64,000 bases of DNA from Firmicutes bacterium UBA5286 (GTDB taxonomy: Bacteria; Bacillota; Proteinivoracia; UBA4975): contig DHSM01000022.1 of assembly GCA_002408465.1 (NCBI GenBank), positions 81,555 to 145,554 of the forward strand, written 5' to 3'. The notes beneath the pieces were generated by a model. It was not told where the DNA came from. It did no database searches and saw nothing but the letters and a program-made list of their open reading frames with translations. Below are positions 49,975 to 58,880 of this stretch, one piece after another. Each line of letters starts with the position of its first letter. Position 1 is the stretch's first letter. Position numbers and translations under genes: made by a program.

Positions 49975-49981
49975 GTTAACC
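49948..49981. repeat. 34-bp perfect direct repeat copy B, right boundary of the islet, 5 bp downstream of the DUF951 gene stop
   Basis: Identical to 47961-47994. Confidence 0.9.
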
Positions 49982-50164
49982 AGGCGACAAAACTTTGCGG
50001 ATGGATTTTTCAGCTTGCTTGCGGGGCAAGAGAATGCTGCGGCCGCAGTTGCAGCACTGAAAGCGGAAATCCATCCCCACCCGCACTATCTTCCACTGAT
50101 TGGCCCCGCAGGGATGGGGCTTTTTTAATTGGACAATATCTCCGGGAATGTAGATTGCACCCAC
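49976..50164 (-). CDS. yyzM: DUF951 family small protein (YyzM-like)
   Basis: 62 aa. KKPHPCGANQWKIVRVGMDFRFQCCNCGR matches the DUF951 Cys pattern. Conserved origin-region position between the ribosomal S6 operon and yyaD/yyaC. Confidence 0.65.
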   Translation of the reverse strand: MGAIYIPGDIVQLKKPHPCGANQWKIVRVGMDFRFQCCNCGRSILLPRKQAEKSIRKVLSPG

Positions 50165-50167
50165 CTC

Positions 50168-50755
50168 CTATAAAACAAATAGGGCCAGGAAATGCACCAG
50201 GGCCTGTACCAATGGGCTCAACAAGCTGGCCAGCCAGGACTCCCCCACAGCAGTTGCCAGCATTGCGCCAGCCTTGCCCAGGACCAGAACTGGTGCCATG
50301 GCCAAGAAATAAATCGCTGTCACAAGCCCGCCAGTCAATCCCGCCGCTACGCCCCAAGCTCCCGAAACGGACATTCTTGGCTTTGCCAGCAGCCTGAATG
50401 CAGTCAGCAGCGTCAGCATTAAAAAACATAAGGCAGCTATATTGACAGCTAAAGCGATTAGGCGCGGTAAATTTTCTCCTGCCGTCGTCTCAATTGTCAG
50501 GACATCTTGCCAGGGCCCCAATAAAGGCGAGGCTGCTCCTGCCGGCATTGCCAAAGTTTCAAAGCCCGCAACGAAAATTGACTCCAGCCGTGGACGGAGA
50601 TAAACGGCACAATTGTCGGCAAAAGGCAAAGAGACCAGCAAAGCCCCCACCAGCACGAGCAACCTAGCCAGGGCCCGCTTCAAGCCCGCAAGATATCCTG
50701 TCACCGCGCCCCAGACAACTACACCAGTCAGCAAAAGGTCGAGCCATGGAAACAT
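50168..50755 (-). CDS. CvpA-like (colicin V production family) membrane protein, tentative
   Basis: 195 aa. M..WLDLLL..VVVWGAVTGYLAGLKRAL N-terminus and four TM helices resemble CvpA. Weak call. Confidence 0.4.
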   Translation of the reverse strand: MFPWLDLLLTGVVVWGAVTGYLAGLKRALARLLVLVGALLVSLPFADNCAVYLRPRLESIFVAGFETLAMPAGAASPLLGPWQDVLTIETTAGENLPRLIALAVNIAALCFLMLTLLTAFRLLAKPRMSVSGAWGVAAGLTGGLVTAIYFLAMAPVLVLGKAGAMLATAVGESWLASLLSPLVQALVHFLALFVL

Positions 50756-50789
50756 ATTAACCCTCCCTGTTTTCTATAGGGAAAGGAAA

Positions 50790-51134
50790 TCAGCGCCAAA
50801 TCATGATGATGGCCGCCGCAGGCAAGGGAAGCCAAATAGCCCCCAGCAGATAGTGCTGGACCGCTGCAATGCCAAGGACGCAAATGGCGGCAACTGCAAA
50901 GAACAATAGAATCTCCCGGAGATAGTCTTCAAAGAACAGATATTTCTTTTCTTTACGTCTGAAAATGGCAGCAAAAACATCAGCTAGTATTTTGGTGACT
51001 GCAAAGACGAGAAATGCATGCAGCCAAGGGGCCATTATTATCAATGCCAACAATCTCGATACTGCTGCAGCAAGAATCAGCAAGCCTGCAAAGATCAGAA
51101 CAGCGGTTGCTCGTCGCTTTCCCCCGCTCCCCAT
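50790..51134 (-). CDS. Small hypothetical membrane protein (3-4 TM)
   Basis: 114 aa, hydrophobic, no family recognised. Confidence 0.35.
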   Translation of the reverse strand: MGSGGKRRATAVLIFAGLLILAAAVSRLLALIIMAPWLHAFLVFAVTKILADVFAAIFRRKEKKYLFFEDYLREILLFFAVAAICVLGIAAVQHYLLGAIWLPLPAAAIIMIWR

Positions 51135-51141
51135 GGAATCA

Positions 51142-52149
51142 TCACCTGTTTCTTCTAACTGTTTTGAACTTATTGAGACTATAATAGCATAAACCTGCCA
51201 AAAGGACTATATTGCATAGTCCCAACAAAGGATAGAGAAAAGCCACCAGACTGATAAAACCGTACTGAGCAATAACAAATCCCGCAACGGCTGTAATAAC
51301 TACACATAGCCAATAACCAGGAGGTTTAACCACCCGGCTGGCCAAACCATGCAGGTTTGCCAGGGCAGTAGTAAGCACCGCCGCCAACAGGACCAAAGCG
51401 TAGACCCATTGCCATTTTCCCAGCCATATTTCTGCCAGTCTCAGCAAAGGAATCTCAACACTTCCCATCCCCAATGTAGCGCCATATATGACCAGCAACA
51501 AAAAACCTATCAATAGCCCGCCAGCCACACCGCCAGCAAGGACCGTGTGCCGGTCCAGCTTTTCTTTGAGGGTGCTCATAGCCACCCCGGCAATGGCGGT
51601 ATTGAGAGAGACATACAACAGGGCCGAACTAAACGGGCCCCGCACATACCCTCCCAAAGCCGGCACACTGACTTGGGCGATGCAAAGGATTACGATTGCC
51701 ACCGCCATACCCGGCACCAGCCAACAATTTGCCTTGACAAATCCCTTTCCCCCGGTGCGCAAAAGCAGAATACACAGAAGTAAAAACCCGGCGCACCCGA
51801 TAGAATAGTGAAGCCCCCAGCTTTTCAGCACCGTTCCCCCTGCAGCTGTCATCACCCCTACCCCGGTGAGCAAAGTTGCCAAAAATATAAGATCTGTAAG
51901 GGAAACCAGCCACTTCCATGGCAAAACATAGTTGAGCAAATCCAAATAAGAATAAACTGGATTACGCTGGGCAACATCTAGTATTACAACCCCCACCCAG
52001 ACAAACATCAGTGTTGCCAGGCCAACCCCCGCCAGTCCTCGGTTGCCGTATCCAGAGAAGAAATCCACTACTTCCCGGCCGGTGGCAAAGCCGGCTCCGA
52101 TTACAGCTCCGCAATAGGTCATTGCCACTGCAAAAGTGTTTTTCGACAT
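51142..52149 (-). CDS. YkvI/YyaD-family polytopic membrane protein
   Basis: 335 aa. GAGFATGREVVDFF N-terminal motif typical of the YkvI family. Position matches B. subtilis yyaD. Confidence 0.5.
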   Translation of the reverse strand: MSKNTFAVAMTYCGAVIGAGFATGREVVDFFSGYGNRGLAGVGLATLMFVWVGVVILDVAQRNPVYSYLDLLNYVLPWKWLVSLTDLIFLATLLTGVGVMTAAGGTVLKSWGLHYSIGCAGFLLLCILLLRTGGKGFVKANCWLVPGMAVAIVILCIAQVSVPALGGYVRGPFSSALLYVSLNTAIAGVAMSTLKEKLDRHTVLAGGVAGGLLIGFLLLVIYGATLGMGSVEIPLLRLAEIWLGKWQWVYALVLLAAVLTTALANLHGLASRVVKPPGYWLCVVITAVAGFVIAQYGFISLVAFLYPLLGLCNIVLLAGLCYYSLNKFKTVRRNR

Positions 52150-52243
52150 AACAACACCTCAGAAGCAATTTATTCACCGCTCTGGCATTTTATGTGACAG
52201 GCACACATACTTATTAAATAGCGCATTGTTATTGGAGGCTGTT

Positions 52244-52819
52244 ATGGCAAAAATTAATTCCGTGCCCCCGCACCATGCTCGAATAAAATATAATCAGCCC
52301 GATGCCCCAGAGGTTATCAGCCAGGCTCTGATTTCACTGTGCCCCGTCATTCCTTCCCCTCAGGATATCTTAATCCTCTGCATCGGTACCGACCGCTCCA
52401 CCGGCGACAGCCTGGGGCCACTGACCGGCAGCAAGCTCCAGGAACATAACCCGCCCTTTCAAGTTGTCGGCTGCCTTGAGCACCCTGTTCATGCCGCCAA
52501 TCTTGCCGAAACCCTGGCCCGCATCCAAGCCAATCCCCCAAACTGGACGGTGGCTATTGATGCTTCTCTGGGCAATATGGACGGAGTAGGCTTGGTCAAT
52601 ATCGGCGCAGGAGCCTTACAGCCTGGCGCTGGAGTCAATAAACGCCTGCCTCAGGTAGGGGATGTGTACATTACTGGCATAGTCAATGTGGGTGGATTTA
52701 TGGAATACTTCGTCCTTCAGAACACCAGACTTTCTCTGGTGTCAAAAATGGCAGATGTAATTTGCACCGGGCTGCTTACAGCCTTTGCCTTTCAAAATAA
52801 AAAAGCCGGACAACGCTGA
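52244..52819 (+). CDS. yyaC: Spore protease YyaC (DUF1256); start at MAKINS with GGAGG RBS (the track ORF starts at 52136)
   Basis: CIGTDRSTGDSLGPLTG and IDASLG motifs. Conserved origin-region gene. Confidence 0.75.
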   Translation: MAKINSVPPHHARIKYNQPDAPEVISQALISLCPVIPSPQDILILCIGTDRSTGDSLGPLTGSKLQEHNPPFQVVGCLEHPVHAANLAETLARIQANPPNWTVAIDASLGNMDGVGLVNIGAGALQPGAGVNKRLPQVGDVYITGIVNVGGFMEYFVLQNTRLSLVSKMADVICTGLLTAFAFQNKKAGQR

Positions 52820-52833
52820 AGTCCGGCTTTGCT

Positions 52834-53220
52834 TTATTTTGCTGGCTTATCTTTATCGGGAAGAGGCTGATTTTGCCCTTGCATTTTGCATGCGCCGTGG
52901 AATACCGCGCCGTCGCCAATGGCGAGCTTGGCAACAGTGATATCTCCGTAGAGTTTGCCCGAGGGTTCAATTTCTAGAACACCTGTAGACTCAATATTGC
53001 CGCGAATGGTTCCGGCAATGGAAATGCTGCGGCACTTAATCTCAGCCTCTACTAAGCCGCTGGCGGCAACAATAATATCGCCATTGGTGTTGAGTTTGCC
53101 GGTAATCTTTCCTTCTACCCTCAGTATCCCCTTTGCCTCAACGGTCCCATTAATAACTGTCTCTTTGCCGATAATGGTATCTATTTTCGTGGTGTCGATT
53201 TCTTCCTTCTTGCTAAACAT
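52834..53220 (-). CDS. Bactofilin (polymer-forming cytoskeletal protein, DUF583)
   Basis: 128 aa of beta-helical repeats (GTVEAKGILRVEGKITGKL..., GTIRGNIESTGVLEIEPSGKLYGDITV). Confidence 0.8.
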   Translation of the reverse strand: MFSKKEEIDTTKIDTIIGKETVINGTVEAKGILRVEGKITGKLNTNGDIIVAASGLVEAEIKCRSISIAGTIRGNIESTGVLEIEPSGKLYGDITVAKLAIGDGAVFHGACKMQGQNQPLPDKDKPAK

Positions 53221-53232
53221 AATCTGCGCCTC

Positions 53233-54174
53233 CTAGGGTAAATATTTGACTGGGTTTACCGCCTCGCCCCAGCGGCGAATTTGATAGTGAAGGTGGGGGG
53301 CGGTGGACCTGCCAGTGTTGCCCACGTATCCGATTATCGATCCGCCTTCCACCACATCGCCGACTTTGACTTTTATCTTGCTCTGATGTGCATAATATGT
53401 TTCGTATCCATAGCCATGGTTGATAATAACCAGCTTGCCATATGTGGAGAGGTACCCTGCATAGGTTATCCTGCCTGATCCTGTGGCATAAATCGGTCGC
53501 CCGTAAATATTGCTGCCAGCAATATCGATGGCTGGGTGAAAATCTCTGGCTCTGGTTACAGGATGCCTGCGCCAGCCAAAGCCGGAAGTAATAACCCCCC
53601 AAGTGGGCCAGCGGGAGGGTATGGCTGCTTCCCTGCGCTGCTGCTCCTCAATATTTTCTTTGAGGGTCACCATGCGGTCTTCCTGCTCAGGGAGAGTTGT
53701 CTGTAAGACCTCAATGCCAGAAAAGGTCCGGTCAATGGAAGTATACTCCCGGGTTGCCAGGTAGCTGCGAAAATTAGGAGCCTCTTTCTGACTGGTAGGT
53801 GACACCGGTTCGGTAATGGAACCTTCTATGTCATTTAATTCCAGAAGTTCTCTTTCCAAATTCTGAACCCGCTTCAGGTTTTCCAGCATCATCTGTGTTT
53901 CATTGGCCAGTTGTCCGATAAGCTCACTTTTGATCTGATTATCAATCCGCAGCTGCTCTAATTCCGGGAACACAGCCTTGGCAGAATTATAACTATTAAA
54001 AAAACTGACCAGTAATATAGGGACAAATATCAAGATAAAGCCTACACATTGCAGCAAAAACAGAGGAAACTTAAAACTGACCGGCGGCTTTTGGGAATGA
54101 GGCACAACCATAATTGTAATATCTTTATTTTCTCTTTTCAAACAGTCACCCCCCCTCTCCAAAAAAATCGGCAA
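53233..54174 (-). CDS. M23 family metallopeptidase with N-terminal TM and coiled-coil
   Basis: 313 aa. HPAIDIAG, GYGYETYYAH and HLHYQI motifs. Confidence 0.8.
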   Translation of the reverse strand: MPIFLERGGDCLKRENKDITIMVVPHSQKPPVSFKFPLFLLQCVGFILIFVPILLVSFFNSYNSAKAVFPELEQLRIDNQIKSELIGQLANETQMMLENLKRVQNLERELLELNDIEGSITEPVSPTSQKEAPNFRSYLATREYTSIDRTFSGIEVLQTTLPEQEDRMVTLKENIEEQQRREAAIPSRWPTWGVITSGFGWRRHPVTRARDFHPAIDIAGSNIYGRPIYATGSGRITYAGYLSTYGKLVIINHGYGYETYYAHQSKIKVKVGDVVEGGSIIGYVGNTGRSTAPHLHYQIRRWGEAVNPVKYLP

Positions 54175-54175
54175 A

Positions 54176-54646
54176 CTATTTAGTTTCCATGGCGGCCTTT
54201 ATCGCCAAATCCTCTTCCTCGGAAAGATAGTACTGGGATTTGCCTTCATGGACAGGCTTGGCATAAACCCTGGTATCCTCCCGTCCGAAAATTCCGGTGA
54301 TGACAAAACCATCCACCTTGTCATTCAGCAGCGCAAGCGAAAAACTCAGGTCGCTGCCGGTTTTTTCGAAGGCATTGTAGCGTACCAGATGCCAGTGTTG
54401 CGGAAATTGAGAAATCTTAGTTTGCACTGCAGCAACCTTGTCGCCAATGTGGCTGATAGTCTGTTGCTGAGACTGAAAAACCTTTTCCAGTTCATTAATA
54501 TGTTCTTCAAGAGTGCCGCCTTTCAACAAGCGGGTCATCTTCTTATAGGCCCTTAGGCGGCATGATAAAATAATATTATAAGTAAGCAAGCAAATTGCTG
54601 TTACGCCTGCAGCGATTTCAAACCAGTATTGCCTTAGCAGATCCAC
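54176..54646 (-). CDS. DUF4446-like protein (N-terminal TM)
   Basis: 156 aa. RYNAFEKTGSDLSFSLALLNDKVDG...SREDTRVYAKPV...YYLSEEE pattern recalled as DUF4446, common next to parB in Firmicutes. Confidence 0.45.
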   Translation of the reverse strand: MDLLRQYWFEIAAGVTAICLLTYNIILSCRLRAYKKMTRLLKGGTLEEHINELEKVFQSQQQTISHIGDKVAAVQTKISQFPQHWHLVRYNAFEKTGSDLSFSLALLNDKVDGFVITGIFGREDTRVYAKPVHEGKSQYYLSEEEDLAIKAAMETK

Positions 54647-54731
54647 ACTTATTCCCCCTGTAACTCCTTAGTTAATTACTATTCGCCATTAAATTCAATT
54701 CTCCTTCCTCAACAACAAAAGTTCACCTTAT

Positions 54732-54956
54732 TTAGGTGAACGATTTTTCTTCTCTTGCCTCTTCTCTCAGGAAATCCAAGTCAGGAACCCAGTTATTCGC
54801 CCATTCTCCCTGAGTTATGCAGGAAATCGGGGAAGCCTCTTCGGCATCAGACAGGCCTGTAACCAGACAGTATTCCTGCTTGTTGATATCCATTCCGAAT
54901 GCGTTGCGAACTAAGGGAAAGCTTGAACGCGATTTTCTCTTGTCAGTCATCGCCAA
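54732..54956 (-). CDS. Hypothetical small protein
   Basis: 74-aa ORF in an otherwise unexplained gap. No family. Confidence 0.25.
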   Translation of the reverse strand: MAMTDKRKSRSSFPLVRNAFGMDINKQEYCLVTGLSDAEEASPISCITQGEWANNWVPDLDFLREEAREEKSFT

Positions 54957-54995
54957 CCTCCCATGAATAGCTTGCCCCTGAGAAAAACCATCTAT

Positions 54996-56060
54996 TCACC
55001 AAACCCGTCCCCGGGCAGCAACCTTCCATTCCTGGCCATTGCTTGTCCGAACTTTTTCCGCCAGGTTGATTACCGGGCAGGCGTGATTCGGTATTACCTG
55101 GACTATATCTCCAATCGCCGGCAAATTAGTTCCTTCGACAATGCCGTGTTCTTCAGACAACCGGGTCAATCGCCAAGAAGCATTTTCCATCAGCCCATAT
55201 CCCGTCACTGTCCCGCTTCCATGAGCCCCCTGATCCAAAGCCAACACTTTGGCGCCGGCATCGATGATTGCCCTGTCGGCTGCAGGACGGCTGACTACGG
55301 TGGCGATAACCCGGAGACTGCAGCGTTCCCTGCCAACAACCCCCAGGGCTACCTGAGTGGCGTCATTAAAGACATAGTTTCCCGGCCTGATTTCCGTCAC
55401 CCCTGGCACTCTGCCTCCCCAGCCAACTGTAGGCGTTGAACCGATGCTTACTTCGGCTACATTTACCCCCTGGCGGCGCAGGGATTCAGCAGCTTCAACC
55501 ATCAGCTCTCCTTCCTTAGTTCCCACCTGAGCCACCTCTGCGGCGCTGCTGCACCCGTAGGCATGGCCGGCATGGGTTAACAACCCCCGAAAATTCAAAT
55601 GGGGGAGGCGACAAAGCCAATGCACAAATTCCTCCAAGCCAGGTCCCGGCGCCAAGCCGCAGCGGCCAAGGCCGCTGTCCACCTTCACTAGAACACCTGT
55701 TCCCCCCGGTGCGGCCAAATCCGAAATTTGCTGAGCACCCAGTTGAGAATCCACTAACAGACTGAGCTTGCACCCTCTGCGCAGGAGCTCAGCAGCTCTT
55801 TCCAGCTTGCTCTCCCCAATCAAAGGGTAAGCTACCAAGATATCTTTAATTCCTGCGGCAAACATTACTTCCGCCTCACTCAGTTTGGCTACTGTTATTC
55901 CTCTGGCGCCGGCCTTAATTTGCATCCAGGCAATCTCAGGCAGCTTGTGAGCCTTGATGTGAGGACGCAGCTTAATGCCATTGCTGGCGGCAAAAGCAGC
56001 CATGGCATTAATATTGTTATGCAATATACCCATGTCTATAAGCACATAGGGTGTCTCCAT
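54996..56060 (-). CDS. Alanine-racemase-domain (fold type III PLP) enzyme, D-serine deaminase / D-threonine aldolase-like
   Basis: 354 aa. KLRPHIKAHK PLP-lysine motif of the DSD1/D-TA family. Confidence 0.65.
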   Translation of the reverse strand: METPYVLIDMGILHNNINAMAAFAASNGIKLRPHIKAHKLPEIAWMQIKAGARGITVAKLSEAEVMFAAGIKDILVAYPLIGESKLERAAELLRRGCKLSLLVDSQLGAQQISDLAAPGGTGVLVKVDSGLGRCGLAPGPGLEEFVHWLCRLPHLNFRGLLTHAGHAYGCSSAAEVAQVGTKEGELMVEAAESLRRQGVNVAEVSIGSTPTVGWGGRVPGVTEIRPGNYVFNDATQVALGVVGRERCSLRVIATVVSRPAADRAIIDAGAKVLALDQGAHGSGTVTGYGLMENASWRLTRLSEEHGIVEGTNLPAIGDIVQVIPNHACPVINLAEKVRTSNGQEWKVAARGRVW

Positions 56061-56102
56061 TTTACCCCTCCTAAAAGATCAGGGCCGGCAGCTGTCATTG
56101 CT

Positions 56103-57245
56103 TCACCTCGCCCTGGACTTCAACTGCTCCAGTGCACTGAGCAAAGCATCAATATCTTCATTGGTATTAAAGATTCCCGGGCTCATCCGCACCGTCCCGG
56201 GTCCCATGGTTCCTAAACTTTGGTGGGTGCGGGGAGAACAATGCAACCCCCCCCGCAGACAAATGCCAAACTCGTCATCCAGAATGTACGCCAATTCGCT
56301 GGAATCCATGCCCGCGAAATTAAAGGATAATACCCCCACCACGTTCCCGTTTTCGCCATAAATATCCGCTTCCAACTGGCGCAATCCTGCTATTGCCCGC
56401 TGGCGCAGGCGGAGCTCATGCTGGCTGACAGCCTCCAACCCCCTGGCATTCAGGTACTCTATGCCCGCAGCCAGGCCAGCAATGCCAGGCACATTTAATG
56501 TGCCCGCCTCAAAGCGCTCGGGCCTCAGTCTTGGCGCTTCCGGAACAGCAGAGTGACTGCCTGTTCCCCCAAGACGCCAGGGCAACAGATCTGCCTCGGG
56601 AGCAATATACAACCCGCCAATGCCCTGGGGTCCCAACAGGCCTTTATGCCCGGGGAAAGCTGCAAAATCTAGGTTAAGCTCCTGAAAATCAAGGGGAACA
56701 ACTCCGGCCGTCTGTGCGGCGTCTACGCAGACTAATGCCCCGGCAGCTTTTGCCATCCTTGCCATCTCTGCCAAGGGGTATACCTTGCCGGTGACATTGG
56801 AAGCATGCGTTATAGTGACCAAATCCGGCCCCGTCGCCAGCGCTTGTTCATACTCAGCCCAAGCGAAGCCTTGCTCCTTAAGGGGGCTGACATATTCCAC
56901 TTTGACGCCGAACCTTTTGGCAATATCACAAAGAGGTCGCCACAAAGCATTGTGTTCACAGCCCACGCTGACGATTGATCTGGCAGCCGGCAAAATGCCA
57001 TAGATAATCATATTCAAACTTTCTGTGGCCCCACCAGTAAAGATGATGTTGCGGGAATCGCTGACGCCAAAAAAATTGGCCACGACCTCCCTTGCCTCCA
57101 GCACTCGGGCGGCAGCGTCCCTGGAAAATCGGTGTCCGCCTCTGCCCGGATTCGCTGCCCTGCGCAAGGCATGGTCTGTAGCCAGGTATACTGATTCAGG
57201 TTTTGGCCAGCTGGTAGCCGCGTTATCAAGGTAAACCAATTTCAT
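56103..57245 (-). CDS. Aminotransferase class V / cysteine desulfurase family protein
   Basis: 380 aa. YLDNAATS, FTGGATESLN, a PLP-Lys region (FAAFPGHKGLLGP) and a conserved Cys loop. Confidence 0.75.
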   Translation of the reverse strand: MKLVYLDNAATSWPKPESVYLATDHALRRAANPGRGGHRFSRDAAARVLEAREVVANFFGVSDSRNIIFTGGATESLNMIIYGILPAARSIVSVGCEHNALWRPLCDIAKRFGVKVEYVSPLKEQGFAWAEYEQALATGPDLVTITHASNVTGKVYPLAEMARMAKAAGALVCVDAAQTAGVVPLDFQELNLDFAAFPGHKGLLGPQGIGGLYIAPEADLLPWRLGGTGSHSAVPEAPRLRPERFEAGTLNVPGIAGLAAGIEYLNARGLEAVSQHELRLRQRAIAGLRQLEADIYGENGNVVGVLSFNFAGMDSSELAYILDDEFGICLRGGLHCSPRTHQSLGTMGPGTVRMSPGIFNTNEDIDALLSALEQLKSRAR

Positions 57246-57256
57246 ACCCCCAGCGT

Positions 57257-57272
57257 TGTTTCACGTGAAACA
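57257..57272. promoter_or_regulatory. Perfect 16-bp parS site TGTTTCACGTGAAACA
   Basis: Exact match to the Firmicutes parS consensus, 8 bp downstream of the spo0J stop. Confidence 0.85.
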
Positions 57273-57279
57273 ATGAAGT

Positions 57280-58095
57280 CTAATGCAAAATTATGTTGAT
57301 AATCCGATTGGCATCCTGGGGTGAATAATACTCAATGATGATGCGGCCTTTGCCGCCCTTTTCCTCCAGAGTAACCCGGGTGCCCAAATGCTCCATAAGC
57401 TTCTGTTGCATATGGGCGGCATTGGGATCCCGAGGTTCCGCTTTTTTTTGCCTTTGCGCCTGCCTGTTCTTTTCCGCCGTCCTCACGGTGAGGCCTTTGC
57501 TTACAATTCTCTCAGCGGCCTTCAGCTGATCCTCAACCGCCAGGGACAGCAACGTGCGGGCGTGGCCTGGAGAGATGCGGCCATCCGCGACCATTGACTG
57601 GACAGGAGGGGCAAGATTTAACAAGCGCAAGGTGTTGGCAATGGCCGAGCGGCTCTTGCCAATCCTGGTTGCCAAAGCCTCCTGTGTAAGGTTAAACTCT
57701 TTGATTAATTGAGCATACGCATTGGCCTCTTCTAAGGGATTTAAGTCCTCGCGCTGCAAGTTTTCCACCAGGGAAATCTCAGCCAGCTGGCGATCAGTCA
57801 AGTCCATAATTACAGCGGGAATGGAGCTCTTGCCCGCAAGTTTGGCCGCGCGAAAGCGTCGTTCTCCCGCCACCAACTGATAACGGCCTAAATGAGGGCG
57901 AACGACAATGGGCTGCAACAAACCGTGCTGAGCGATGGATTGAGCCAGCTCTTCCAAGGCTTCCTGATCAAAAGTCCTCCTTGGCTGATGCGGATTGGGA
58001 ACAATGCTGTCCAGGGATACTTCAGATGGAGGAACTTCTTCCTCGGCGCCGGGAATCAAAGCCCCGAGGCCTCGCCCCAAAGCCCGTTTACTCAT
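57280..58095 (-). CDS. spo0J: Chromosome partitioning protein ParB/Spo0J
   Basis: 271 aa. GERRFRAAKLAG ParB box and an HTH. Confidence 0.9.
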   Translation of the reverse strand: MSKRALGRGLGALIPGAEEEVPPSEVSLDSIVPNPHQPRRTFDQEALEELAQSIAQHGLLQPIVVRPHLGRYQLVAGERRFRAAKLAGKSSIPAVIMDLTDRQLAEISLVENLQREDLNPLEEANAYAQLIKEFNLTQEALATRIGKSRSAIANTLRLLNLAPPVQSMVADGRISPGHARTLLSLAVEDQLKAAERIVSKGLTVRTAEKNRQAQRQKKAEPRDPNAAHMQQKLMEHLGTRVTLEEKGGKGRIIIEYYSPQDANRIINIILH

Positions 58096-58849
58096 TCTTT
58101 AAAACCTCCGCGGTCAGTTGCATGTAAGTCTCTGCACCCTTGGAACGGGGATCATAATCCAAAATGGTCTGCCCATGGCTGGGTGCCTCGCTGAGCTTGA
58201 CATTTCGGGGAATGATGGTCTCATAAACCTGATCGCCGAAATAAGCGCGGACCTCAGATACTACCTGCGCCGCCAGATTAGTCCTGGGGTCATACATCGT
58301 CAGCAGCGCTCCTTCCAATTTTAACGATTTATTGAGGTGGCGCTGAACAAGCTTTATCGTGTTTACCAGCTGACTCAAACCCTCCAATGCATAGTACTCG
58401 CATTGAATGGGAACAAGAATGGAATCTGCAGCGGTAAGTGCGTTTACAGTAAGCAAGCCCAAGGAGGGAGGGCAGTCAATTAATACAAAATCATACTGAT
58501 TGCGAATGTTCTCCATGTGCTGCCGCAGCTTTTCTTCCCTGGACATGGAGGGAACGAGCTCGATCTCTGCTCCGGCAAGCTGGATGGAGGCAGGGGCAAT
58601 CCAAAGGTTTTCCACCTCTGTAGGCGTAATAACGGTCTCCATGGGAATGCCCGAGACAAGAACATCATACATACATCTCTTGATCGACGGCTTCCTTACG
58701 CCAACGCCGCTGGTAGTGTTGCCTTGAGGATCAATATCCACAAGCAGGACCCTCTTGCCCTGACTGGCCAGCCCTGCGCCCAAGTTGATAGCTGTCGTCG
58801 TCTTGCCGACTCCGCCCTTCTGATTGGCGATGGCAATAACTTTACCCAT
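58088..58849 (-). CDS. soj: Chromosome partitioning ATPase ParA/Soj
   Basis: 253 aa. Deviant Walker A KGGVGKTT. Confidence 0.9.
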   Translation of the reverse strand: MGKVIAIANQKGGVGKTTTAINLGAGLASQGKRVLLVDIDPQGNTTSGVGVRKPSIKRCMYDVLVSGIPMETVITPTEVENLWIAPASIQLAGAEIELVPSMSREEKLRQHMENIRNQYDFVLIDCPPSLGLLTVNALTAADSILVPIQCEYYALEGLSQLVNTIKLVQRHLNKSLKLEGALLTMYDPRTNLAAQVVSEVRAYFGDQVYETIIPRNVKLSEAPSHGQTILDYDPRSKGAETYMQLTAEVLKNE

Positions 58850-58880
58850 CTTCTCACTCTCCTTAGAAGCTGTAACCCAA

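Larger units (their letters stand above)
47961..49981. mobile_element. Putative integrated, integrase-less element or islet (about 2.0 kb, AT-rich) bounded by 34-bp direct repeats, with inverted repeats just inside each (actttacagtt at 47997-48008 and aactgtaaaagt at 49932-49943): attL/attR-like geometry
   Basis: Composition shifts from about 55% GC outside to clearly AT-rich inside. The flanking direct repeats are perfect. The inverted repeats lie 3-5 bp inside the DRs. Interior coding is K/N/I-rich. No recombinase gene inside. Confidence 0.4.
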
